Shown here: piece by piece, positions 13,157-24,574 of the stretch
How positions within the stretch are numbered: position 1 is the stretch's first letter
Layout: each line of letters starts with the position of its first letter
Origin: Ginglymostoma cirratum
Lineage: Eukaryota
NCBI GenBank assembly: GCA_024137785.1
Contig: JAHRHZ010000028.1
Location: forward strand, 27,569,847 to 27,633,846
DNA: 64,000 nucleotides
Direction: 5' to 3'
Translations under genes and position numbers: made by a program
Notes under the pieces: generated by a model
What the model was told of the DNA's origin: nothing
Database searches by the model: none
The model's input: only the letters and a program-made list of their open reading frames with translations

Positions 13157-14812
13157 CTAAAATAAAGACCTCATTCACACTTGGACCAGTAACAAAGACG
13201 TGGTGATAAAGTATGAAAATTGACATTGAATGACATTACCATCACTGAAACTCCCACCATCAATATTTGGGAGTTACTATTGTCAAGGAACTGAACTGAA
13301 TCAACCCTAGATCTATTGCAGCTATAAGTAAAAGCAAATCACCGTAGTTGCAGAGGACCAGACTGCTGCTTGTTTATTAGAAAGTTTTAACCTGAGGCTC
13401 ACGATGACTTGGGAGGGGGAGGGGGGGTGGGGGGAGGAGGTTGAAGTTGGTGACCTCATCCGGTATGAAAATTAAACCGACACTAGCTGTTGCTTTGCAG
13501 CTAGCTGGTCCAGCCACCTGAACTAACTGACCTCGATGATGGAGTTTGGGGATGCAAAAATGCACTTACTCAAAACAGAGTTGTCAAACTCTGGCTGATT
13601 GCCTGTCAGCCTACAAGGCATAAGTTAGGAGTGTGATCACATCAGAATACTACTCCACTCCCGCCCCCCCTACCTCCAGTCCCTAGTTTGTTGATTGCAG
13701 CTTCAACAGTATTTAAGAAATGTGGTACTGTCCAGGACAAAACACCCACATGTTTGGCACTCTATCAAACACCCTCAATATTCAAATACGGGGGAATACT
13801 GCGGTGCTGGAGATCTGAAATAAAAACACAATGCTGGAGAAGCTCAGTAGATCAATTTTTGCTATCTCTATCGCTGGTGCTATCCTGCTGACCTTCTCCA
13901 GCATTTTCTGTTTTTGTTACCTTCAGCATATATTTGCTGCATCACTGATGCGCAGAGCCATTAATGTGTACCATCTATAAAATTCACTGCAGCAACTCGC
14001 TAAGAAACATTTCTTCTCATTTTTCTTGCCATTGCTCTTCAGTACGTTGAACAGTATGCACAAAATGCCCCAGTGACTGTGTCTACGCAACTTGGAGAGA
14101 GCATTGTCAGTAAAGCTCCTTCAATGGCTGCTTCCAAATCAGCAGCCTACCACCTAGAAATTAAACGGCATCAGATACATGGATTCAGTGCACTGTGCAG
14201 GTTCCCCTCCAAGGTTCACACCATCCTGTTTTGGAACATATCCCTTCACTGGCACTGGGTCAAATACTGGAATTCCTTCCCTAACAGAATTAAGGGTGAA
14301 CCAATGCCAGACAGACTGTAGAGATTCAAGTCAGAGGCCGATCAGCTTCTCTGAGCAGAACCTCTTGCAGCAACGCTTGCCTTTATGTCTGTGAGGATGA
14401 GTAATTCCACATTTACCTCAATTTTTCCACTAATCCCATGACGTTGAACTTAATAAAAGTCTATCATTGGAGTATCTTGTCAAAATTCAATTTGTATTCC
14501 TTCACCGGATGCTTAGACCAGCATTTATTGCCTGTCTTTTATTGCTCTTGAGAATATAATGGTGAGTGAATTGATTTGAATCTCTGCAGTCTTTCAGATG
14601 TGGGTACGTCCACAGTGCAGTCGGGAAGTGAGTTTCTATGTTTAATCCAGTAACAGTGAATAAGCAGCAATATAGTTCCACATCAGGATGGTGTATGGTT
14701 TGGAGGGGAATTGGAGATGGTGGTTTTCAACGCCAATAAATATAATGCTTCACAGAGTAATTGCAAGATAAGTGGAACAATAGCCATAGTCTTAGATGCC
14801 TTCTCTTCTTAC

Positions 14813-14853
14813 CTTTCTAGTCATGTCTGGGATTTCTGGATTTTCATTTTTAG
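14813..14853 (-). CDS. Gene B exon 6: short cytoplasmic exon
   Basis: attttgcag| AKNENPEIPDMTRK |gtaagaag. 41 nt, phase 1->0, exactly bridging the TM exon to the ITIM exon. Confidence 0.8.
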
Positions 14854-16450
14854 CTGCAAAATAAAATACAAACGATTCACTTCCAACAGGGTTACTTTCA
14901 TTCGTTCTCACCACAGTAGTTTTGTTCTATTCTAGTTTGAAATATAAACCACTGCAAAAACCTCAATCTCTCACTCTGTTTCACACTTACACTCAGCCAC
15001 CCACATCAAGCCAACCACGTCTTCTAACCTACTCTAGGAAGCTCCAATTACTTGCTATTTCCGAGCTGTATGATGGTAAACCACTTCCTTCAAGATGTTA
15101 AGGAAAATTTTTGGTTTGCGGTGTCTTTCAACTTGATAATTTGAACTCCGATAATTTCATCTGCTAATGGTGGTAACCTGTTTCTGAAAACATTGTGTGA
15201 CAACTCTGAGGCATGCAAGCTCTTCACTGCTTCCAATGCAATGCATATCTTACAAGATAGAAATTTAAATTATATTGTAAATTATGGAGGTATGCTAGAG
15301 TTTAATCTGAATCAGCAAGACCAAATCACGGCCTTCAATCAATTGAATAACTTCAGATGTTCTTCTAAAGTGTGTGTATGATCATCAGTTTACTCTAGAT
15401 GTTTTGATTTTACTCATTTCATTCTTTATAAAATATTTAATAAAGAATAGTGGAAGATGGATTTTGAAATAATTTTCAGATAATATATTGTAAAAACATT
15501 TGAAGCTTTAAATGTTCACTCCCATCTTTTCCAGCAAACTGTGTATCAGCTATAAGTTGCACTGATAAACTTTGCCACAGCACCTTCCAAATCCACAACC
15601 GCTACCATTCAGAAGGACAAAGGTGGCCTTGCACCAGAATAGTACCACCTTCAAGTTACCCTCCAACCTACACAGCATCCTGATTTGGCACCACCTCACT
15701 GTTGTCTGAAAATATTTGTTCATGGGATGTGAGGCCAACATTCCATGAACATCCCTGTGTGCCTGGAGGAAGTGTCTTCTTGAATTACTGCAACTCATTT
15801 AGAGTATGTACACCACAGAGCTGAAAGGAAGGGAGTTCCAGAATTTTGATCCACTGACGATGAAAGATGTTAGTATGCATCTTTGAACCCAAGCCTCCTG
15901 GCCATGAATTTGGACACATTATGCACAAGAAGCCTAATAAATGATCGCAGTAGGTCAGACTTTGGAGAAGTAATTTCCCCATTTAATTGTCGTTGTAAGT
16001 GAATAGCACAAACTGAGTTCAAACATCCCAATGGCTTAAATGACTGTAGGTATCGATTGCCCTCAGCATTAGCTCCAGGAGGTGTTCTTCAGTTACCTGT
16101 TGGTCTTGGACCTAAGTGGGGCTCACCAGATTGTCACCTTGATAGACCTAATTGAGTATAAGTCACCTATGTGATGATAGCCTCTGTCACATTAACCCCA
16201 CTTTGAACAAGAGTACTCTGAGGCAGGTAGGATTCTGGTAGCCAAACCTACACACTACTTTGTACCTTTGCTCCTGGTCCTATTTCCCAAATCACTTGTG
16301 TAGAACAGTGAAAATTTTGCCCTATTTGTTTATGATTGGGTGGTAATTATTTTCAATATTATATCAACATTTTACTATTGTCTGTTCAGGAATCAGTTTC
16401 TGATTTTCCATGCTGATTTATTGCAGAAAAATATTTCCTTGGCTACATAC

Positions 16451-16569
16451 CCTCATTTCCTGCTCTTTTTGTCACTTTTCTTTTCCACATAAACAGAATC
16501 AGCAGCGATAAGATTAACAGTCCCAACAAAACAGCGAGGATGATGTACCATATTTGCGGGGTGATATTG
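16451..16569 (-). CDS. Gene B exon 5: transmembrane exon
   Basis: ttttcttttag| (S)NITPQIWYIILAVLLGLLILSLLILFMWKRKVTKRAGNE |gtatgt. 119 nt, phase 2->1. Uncharged TM with basic stop-transfer. Confidence 0.9.
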
Positions 16570-16719
16570 CTAAAAGAAAATGAAGCAGAGCTGATTAAAT
16601 TGAAGCTTTGTGGACTCAATAGAACAATGCAAAAATATATAAACACTTATTGGATGTAAACTAGATAGAGGAATTGGTTTTAAACCCAATTATCTCTGAA
16701 TTGGAAGATGTGTTATGTT

Positions 16720-17055
16720 CCTGTGCCTCTACGCCTACCTTGAAGATGCATTGCAGCAACCTGTTAAAGCTTCTTCAGTAGTACCTTCCAAACGCATAAT
16801 GTCTACCCCTTTAAAAGGTAAAGGCAGCACCACCATCTGCGTGTTCCCTTCCAGGACACGCACCATCTTGACTTTGAACTATATTCCTTCAAAATCCTGG
16901 AGCTCCCTTCCATAATAAAATTGTGGGAAGTACTGACATCATGTGGGCTGCAACAGCTCAAGAGGGTAGCTCACTGCTACCTTCTCAAGGTCAGTGAAGG
17001 CTGGGAAATGAATGCTGGCCTTGTCCATGATGCCCACAGCTTGTGAATGAATAAC
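16720..17055 (+). mobile_element. L2-type LINE 3' fragment
   Basis: caccaccatctgcgtgttcccttcc...aaaatcctggagctcccttcc...gctggccttgtccatgatgcccacagcttgtgaatgaat. Related fragments at about 14130-14350, 15530-15670 and 18830-19000. Confidence 0.55.
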
Positions 17056-17378
17056 GCACTGGGTTGAAGTGCAGCTTTCTCACGGTGAACAGAAATGAGA
17101 AACAAGTAGGAACGCAGAGCTTATTGTCAATTGAATGATTGCTGTCAGGACCTATATACATTTTGCTACCTGCCTTTGACAGTGGTATTAATTGAGGAAA
17201 AACAGTTAGGAGCAGAATTATGAGGAAAGCTATGGCACCAAAAAGGGTATGAGCCCTCTGCTAGTTTTTTTTTTATCACCTAACGTTGCTGTGTATGGTG
17301 AAGAGACCAGAACTATCCATCAACTTCAATCAGAATGACCCAAAAATGATTATTCTAAGAAAACTATTAAAATGTTAC

Positions 17379-17412
17379 CTTGGGGTGTCGATGGAAACTG
17401 CTGGAATCCCCA
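17379..17412 (-). CDS. Gene B exon 4: short stalk
   Basis: tttctttgcaacag| VGIPAVSIDTP(S) |gtaaca. 34 nt, phase 1->2, as required to join IgV2 (phase 1) to the TM exon (phase 2). Confidence 0.75.
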
Positions 17413-19365
17413 CTGTTGCAAAGAAACATGAATAAATAACTGAATGAATAACAGAAAACCATCAACAATACAAGCATAACTTTGCTCCTTAGCACACCAC
17501 AAAAGAAGTACGATAGCAGTTGATTGGGTGGGGGTGAATGGGAGGGGGATGTTCAGCGGTTGTGTGGCAAGGGGGAGGGGTATATTTGGTTTTGGGGGCG
17601 AAGCAGAGGAGGGTAGTGACTGGTGGAGGTGAATGGAAAGGTTCTGTTTTGGAGGGATACAGGAGGAGAGGAAGGGGAATGATGACTGGTGAGGGTGGAG
17701 AGAGGTGGGTATGTTGAGTGGTGTGAGTGGTTAACTGGTGGAGGGGGAATACGTTCAGTAATTCTGAACATTAGCAGTTTAAGATTCCTTAAGGCAATTG
17801 CTCAAATCAGGATGGTAAAGAAAAATTGGTTGAATGAATGTCTTTGCCTTTATAGGGTCATGAAATCTTGTGAAAGGGAAATGATGGAGAGTTAGATTCA
17901 AGGGAGACCCAGTGGGAGGAAAGGCAGGGGGTAATGTCAGGGCATCGTGAAATGGAGGGGTTCCTAGCAGCCCTTGGGGGGATTTAAAAATAATAGAAGT
18001 CTACATTTGTCAGGGCCCTCAGTGTGGAGGGGAATTAGTGCTGCAAATGCGGCTCTTATCTCCATTTGTTTCCATGAATTAGGGATTGGGTAGAGACCGT
18101 CATAGCCTCAAGGCCTGTCATTTGGAGATGCACATAGTTGCTGGACCTGTACCTCACTGGTGCATGGAGAATGGAATGGTCCAGCACCAAGAAAAATGCC
18201 ACTGGCTTTTGAAAATATCTGCTCTGTCAACTCCTAGTTGGCTTCATTATTATTCCATCTCCACGGAGTAGGTAGATGATTCCTATGGGGTCCTGCCCAG
18301 GGAAATTCACCCAGAGGGTGGGACAGCAGTCAGAGGTGACTTGAACCAAAGCTGTCTGCATGCCCCTCCCCTACCACCACAATCACCACCACTGCAGAGC
18401 AGAGAAGATCCTGCCCAGAGTGATGAAACCACCTGGCCATGACCACATTCTCTGCAAACTTAGCCTCTTGCGCACAGAAATGCTACAGTATACCTCACTG
18501 TCCATGTGGCACTTGAGGATCCATTCAAAAATGTGGGTGAATTTACCACAAAGCTGCCTCAATATCTTTTTCCTCCTTCTTCCATGACTGGACTGAGATA
18601 CAGCACTGGGCCAGTAACTGGAAGAAAGAGTAATTATCCAGGGACATAGATTGCTCATCCTGAACTGGTATTATTTGAAAGTAATTACAATGTCTGTTTT
18701 ATATCTAATTTCAGATACTGATTCATTTGCTGTGTGTTATATATTACAGCAAATAATAATTTAACTGAAGTCTAAGGTATGTGAATGTTTAGCATCCTAT
18801 CAAGGTTTAGGATTACATCCTTTACTGTCGCTGATTAAGATCCAAGAACTCTGTCCCTAACAACTCCACCCTTTGAGGAGGTGTTCCTACATCATGTGAC
18901 ACGTCATGTGACAGCAGTGGTCAAGAAGGCAGCAACATCACCTTCTCAAAAGTAATTTGGGATGGACAATAAAACCTGGCCTTGCCCATGTCCCTATGAA
19001 TGAGAAAAGCAGGGATGTCCGCATTTACAGTGGAGGCAAAATCTAAATGTCTTTAATCTAAAATAGTTACTAAATATTCAATAAGAATTTCAGGCAGAAT
19101 ATTCTTTACCTGGAGAATTGTCAGAATGTGGAAGTTGCTTAATACTGAACTTATTCACACAGGAAGTCCTTGAGGCAAGAACGGGCAGTGAAGGAAACAC
19201 ATTGAGATGTCGTGGAGTAAGAGAAGGATGTGTTGTAAGGGTGAAATGACATAGGGCTGGAGAAGGTGCTTGTGAAGCATGAACACTGGCATTGACCAAT
19301 TGTGTCTATTCTGCTAAGTGCTATGGATAACCAACTGAATTATATAATTTCAAGTTGATTCTTAC

Positions 19366-19695
19366 CACCAACAATTGTCAGGTTTTTAACCTGTGTGATC
19401 TTTACGTCATTTATTTTTACTGATGCACACCAATACAGTCCTTCATCTGCTTTACTGGTATTACTCATAATAATTGTAAAATTTTGAGACTTGTTTGTCA
19501 TGATTGAAACTCTCCCTTTATACTTATTTCCTATATTTTTGTTCGAATCGGCGATAACAGTGCACTTATTTACAGAGGTTACTTTACAAAATAATTTCTT
19601 ATAGTCTATCTCCTCCTGTTGTGTGTACAGACATGATACAGTCGTGGTATTTTCCATTACATTATTGATCTCTGTTGGGATGGATTCCTCTGAAT
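19366..19695 (-). CDS. Gene B exon 3: IgV domain 2 (CD300/pIgR type)
   Basis: ccaacag|...|gtaag, 330 nt, phase 1->1. DSEESIPTEINNVMENTTTVSCLYTQQEEIDYKKLFCKVTSVNKCTVIADSNKNIGNKYKGRVSIMTNKSQNFTIIMSNTSKADEGLYWCASVKINDVKITQVKNLTIVG. Contains CxY, FCx7C, GRVS and DxGxYWC. Confidence 0.92.
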
Positions 19696-20397
19696 CTGTT
19701 GGTAAATGTGAAAAAGAAAGTCATTAAAACTAAAGAATGAAGAAAAGCTGAATAATCTTAATTACAAAAAAATCTAAAATAAATGAGGTAAATGTTGAGA
19801 ATGTTAAAAATGTTTTCTGTTTTTAAATACAAACAGAATTTTAGAGTCTTAGAGCCCACTGTGAGCATTGAAAGCTCTTGTGTTCATTGTTCATGTTACA
19901 TTTTAAATTGTGTATATTTTCCACTATACGTGGGAGATATGTTTGTCCAAGTTTGGTAATTCCTTCTTGTTCTCCATAACTCCAATAAAAATGCTTAAAG
20001 GACTGTTTCTGGGAGGAGCAGACCAGTTTTTGTTTTAAGTTACTACACCAGATATAGAGTTGATCATTTATTTTAAATTGTGTTTCAGTAGCAGTAAAGA
20101 GTGCTTACTCTCAAGTTGAGGCTAATTTCTCACAGGAGACCATCGTGTATCATAGATGCAATGTAACTAGCTATTAAGCAATATGTAGTAAACCTATTTA
20201 TTGTTCATCAAAATTGAACATATCTTTGACCAAAACCTTTCTTGTGGGGATCCTATGGTGGCAGTATCTTATGCCAGTATCAGTGAGATGTTCACCTACT
20301 CAAAGCTGCTTAGTCACACAATTTTACAGAAGCATTTGGATACAGGGACCTGTGTTGATCTTTTCATAAACTGGACTCATATTCTGTAGCACACCAG

Positions 20398-21370
20398 TGT
20401 TGTGAAGTTGGGTAAAGTACTTGTGGATTGGGAGGCAGGTAGTTAGAATTTGGTGTTTGTAAAATGCTAGGTGGGGTGTGGGGGTTGGAAGCATTGCATG
20501 GTCTCTTTACAAGATCTTGTGTTTTTTCTGTACTTAGAAGTTTAAATAGATGTCTGTGTGCAGCAGCTTGAAAGTTTGCAAGTATACAGAGAACATCTGA
20601 ATTGAAACATTTATATTAATAGACCATACAGTTAGCAGGCCAAGTAGCAGTTTTTGCCAAGACAACAAGCTTTTGAATTTAGCCAATCAATTTGAACCAT
20701 GTACTTAGATACCAAAGTCCAATCAAATTTAAATCTGATGGTTTTGACAACATAGGACCAACCTTATTGTAAGAAATATTGATATGTCATCAAGGGTATA
20801 AAAAGAAGGGGACAGTGGACCAAGACAGCTGAGCTAGCTGCCATCTGCCAGAGCTAACAGCCCTCAACTCCGAAGAAAGAATTGCTGGCCCTCACAGCCT
20901 CTTCTATGTCTTGGAGAAAGCACCATCTAAATAACAATGGTACCAATGGCACAACTAGTTAATATTCCTGACAGAAGAATCGATGGAGAAGACACAGAAC
21001 ATTCCGGAAGACCCGTAACCTGGCTGCAATTTTGAGAGACTAAATTCTTTTTTTTTCATATAAGTAGGAATTGGATTTATTGGAACAGCATACCATTAGA
21101 ATCCCATTTTATTCAGGAATAGTTAGTAGTTAGAAGGGATTTATTCAATTTGTTAATAGTTTAGTTAATTTGTTTGCTGTTAGAGTTGGTAAATAAATTG
21201 CTACTTGTTGATTTTAAAGTGAGTGTCTGGGATTTATTTTGTTTAACCACTGGAAGTTGCTAAAAGGCGGTTACACCTCACACTCCCTTGTACAGATTAT
21301 AGGGCAAGGTGCTCTTCTTTGGGTCTTTTGGTTTTAGTTCTCAGAGGGGATCAACCTTCACTTTATAGCA
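20398..21370 (+). mobile_element. Probable solo LTR in gene B intron 2, antisense to the gene
   Basis: Begins TGTTGTG and ends ...TAGCA. CCAAT boxes near 20684 and 20719, TATAAAA near 20796, AATAAA near 21192. Flanks ccag/ccac form an imperfect 4-bp TSD. Confidence 0.5.
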
Positions 21371-21450
21371 CCACCCTGAAGATTGGTAGGCCTGGTGTTA
21401 CTGCACCCAGATGACATTATCAGCCTTATTATCTTCTGAAATACTCTTAC

Positions 21451-21774
21451 CTGTAAAAACCTTCAATAATGTAACATCTGAAACAATGATGGAACCTTGA
21501 TCTTCTGCTCCCCACCAGTACGTTCCTGTATCTTTCTTCTGAAGAGATTGCATGGTAACAGAAATTGACCCATGTGCTTCAGAGATGGATGTTGTACTTT
21601 GAACATTTTTGTTCATACCTTTTTTAAGGTGTACTATAACATGGCATTCAGCTTCCGAATATGTTTTACACCAGATTGCAACGTGTCTTCCATTCCATTT
21701 CCATGGAAATTTGACAGTGATATTTTTCCTTGCTGCAGCTTTCAACACTGTCCATGTATTTTCTGTCCATGAAG
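21451..21774 (-). CDS. Gene B exon 2: atypical IgV domain 1 lacking the canonical B-F disulfide
   Basis: cacaatag|...|gtaag, 324 nt, phase 1->1, open. TSWTENTWTVLKAAARKNITVKFPWKWNGRHVAIWCKTYSEAECHVIVHLKKGMNKNVQSTTSISEAHGSISVTMQSLQKKDTGTYWWGAEDQGSIIVSDVTLLKVFT. Retains WCx7C and L-x3-D-T-G-x-Y-W. Confidence 0.88.
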
Positions 21775-21899
21775 CTATTGTGTGAAATGTTACAAATAAC
21801 CGGGAATTAAATTACAATAATCAATTTTAGACAATTGTTTTGAAACGTCACAAACAACAATAGCAAATGTTTCACCAAGGGGAAGAAGAAAAGGTGCTG

Positions 21900-23120
21900 G
21901 AAGAGAATGGAATCTTCAAATCTTAGAGCAAAGCAGGAGTCATTTGGCCTTTTGTGTGTGTGCCAACTCTTTAAAGAGCTGGTCAAATTAATCCCACACC
22001 TAGATTCCTCCATAACCCTCATCTTCAAATAGGTATCCAAATGCCTTTTGAAAATTTCTGTGGAATCTGACTTCCTTACTTCTTCAGGAAATGCAATCCA
22101 GATCCTAACAATCTTCTCTATGAAATAATTTCTCTTTATTTCTCCACTAATGTTTATACTGATAATTTTAAATCACTGGTTACAAATCTACTTGCCAAAT
22201 GACATTTTTCCCTACTTGCTGCATCAAAATCCTTTCTAGTTTTCACTACCTGGATTAGTTTCCCCCTACCTGCACTAAAGAACAACAATCTTGAGTTTAA
22301 GAACGTAAGAACTTGGAGCAGGAATAGACTATTCTATTGAGCCTGAAACGCCATTGAATATGATCATGGCTGATCTCATCTTGGCCTCAGATCCACTTTC
22401 TGGCTTGCTGTCCATGATGCTTCAACTCATTACTAATTAAAACTCTGTCATTCTCCTCCTTAAATTTATTCAATGTTCGGGGATCCACTTGCTTTGGCCA
22501 CAGATTCACAACCATTTGAGAGGAGTAATTTTTCCTCACTTCTGTTTTAAATTTGCTACTCTCTATCTCAAACCAATGACCTCTCATTCTAGATTGCCCA
22601 AATGAAAAATCCTTTCTCTGTCTACTTTTGTAACTAGATCTCCTCTCATTCTTCTAAACTCCAGACAGGACAAATTGCTCCTAAATTGCTCAATCTCTCT
22701 ACAGAAGACAATCTTCTCTAATCTCTTCACATAAACAACCACCATCATCCCTGATATCAACCTGGTGAATGTCTGTGCCTTGGTCTGCTCCTCGACGTTC
22801 CTAAAGTGTGGTCCCATAATTTAACACAGTTCTTCAGCTGAAGCATATCATCTGCTTAGTAAAAGTTTAGCATGATTTTGTCTTTTTCTATTCAGTGTGA
22901 CTATTTACACATCCAAGAATCCCATAACTGCCTTGTCAACTTGCTCTGCTACCTGAATGAATGGGCACCCCCCCAGGACCCTCAGGTCGTGCACACCCCC
23001 ATCCCCCTCAGTCGTTCCATTTAGGCTATTGTGTTCCTCCACATTGTTCTTCTCTCGAAGTGCATTAATTCGCACTTACCTACAGTATATTGCATCTGCC
23101 GTGTGTCTATCCCTTTCACC
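21900..23120 (-). mobile_element. Degraded CR1 LINE 3' fragments
   Basis: Minus-strand ORF remnants LEFRRMRGDL and RGHWFEI...FKTEVRKNYSSQMVVNLW; CR1 3' tail near 22300-22390. Confidence 0.7.
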
Positions 23121-24104
23121 TAATAACAAAGAAATGTCCATTTGTCCTCTGTTTTTGTTCTTTGGACATTGGGAACCCAAAAGTCAGCTCTACTGAGCAA
23201 CGTCACTAATGTGGCTTGAGGAATGAGACATGGAACCCATCTGAGATGGATCTAGCAAGGATCAGAAGCCAGTCAATAAGAGCTTTGTGGAATTTAGTGC
23301 ATCATTCCAAATCCATAGAAGTACTGCCTATAAATATTTATGAGATTGATCTATAGAGCTATGATGATGACTTTAAGTGATGAAGGAAGCTACTGCTTGG
23401 TTTTAACATTGACTGTTCTGGTTACTACAATTATTCAAATGGTTCTTCCTCTGGGAGGCAGGAGAGGGTACGTGTTTTGTTTGGTGGTCCTTTTGATTAT
23501 ACAGCAGAATAACAGAATTATTCAGCTCACTGTACTTGAACTAACTCTTCAAATAAGAATCACTACCTCGTGCCAAATCTCCTGTTTTTCTCCATATTTT
23601 TGCGCACAACTTTTATCCAAATAATCATCCAGTGCCTTCTTCAATGCCTCAATTGTACTTCCCTCTGTTACAGTTCTGGGTAGTACATTCCTTTATAGCT
23701 TGTACCGATCTCCTTAAATTCCTGTAATGTCCTATAATACAACACCATTCCCTTCCCTGAGGGAATTCTACTTCTCCGAATCTAGCTTCATCCGCTCCCA
23801 CTGCGCCACTAATAGTAGGTCTGTTTTCAATGAGGTCCAACTTTCTGGAACTCCACAGTTAAAACCCTTGCCCTCACCAACTCCTTCTCTGATTCGCAAC
23901 CTATTTCCACACTGCAGGGAGGGATTCTATTTAAAGCCGTCTCTTCAACAAAGCTAGTAATCCGAACACCCAATTTCCCCTTCTCTCGCGCAGAAAAAAA
24001 TGTTTCTCTTCCTTCTCTGTTAAGAAGTTTGAGCCAGTTTTCTAAGATGAAGACACTACATAAGTGCGAGCAGTGATTCCAAATATAGAAGAAAAAAATC
24101 TTAC

Positions 24105-24144
24105 TTGATATCAGACTGAGGACCAGCAGTGCAGTGAACTTCAT
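24105..24144 (-). CDS. Gene B exon 1: signal peptide
   Basis: ggaaccATG MKFTALLVLSLIS+A |gtaaga. 40-nt phase-1 leader with good Kozak context. Confidence 0.88.
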
Positions 24145-24197
24145 GGTTCCAGTGAAGTTATCCACAGTTTTCAGTGCAATACATGTATCTCTGTGTC

Positions 24198-24246
24198 TAT
24201 TTAAGGATCTATGCTGAATCATTTACTTCCTTATAGAATTGCAAAT
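24198..24246 (-). promoter_or_regulatory. Putative gene B core promoter: Ets site, AP-1-like site, TATA-like box
   Basis: Minus strand: AGGAAGT (24225-24231), TGATTCA (24215-24221), TTAAATA (24198-24204), 54-87 nt upstream of the ATG. Further GAGGAAGT at 24322-24329. Confidence 0.45.
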
Positions 24247-24574
24247 ATCTTCCTTGTATGCGCAGGCTAAGAGTTGATAAAACAGACTGTTTCCCAATTT
24301 TGATGTAAACAGTTCCAGTTTGAGGAAGTTGTTTTTTAAATTCCAACCTCTGGTAGCTTCTTTCCTCTGTCATGTGCAAAAAATAAATAAATGTAGGAAA
24401 GCAATTCAGATGGAATTTTTTTTATCATGAACACTAATTCAATTTGAGGGATGGGATCAGTGGCAGTTGCTTTTGAGAGAGTGTTGGAGGGGCACTCTCA
24501 CTTAGCTGTTTGCATAGCATTTCAAACTGAGGTGTTTTAGGTTTGTTGGATCCAGTGTCTTAAGTTGATCAGAT

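Noticed and set aside
12977-24144. Calling gene B a true PIGR or assigning CD300A/CD300LF symbols
   Set aside because: The ITIM tail and divergent domain 1 do not fit pIgR, and one-to-one orthology cannot be established without phylogeny and synteny.
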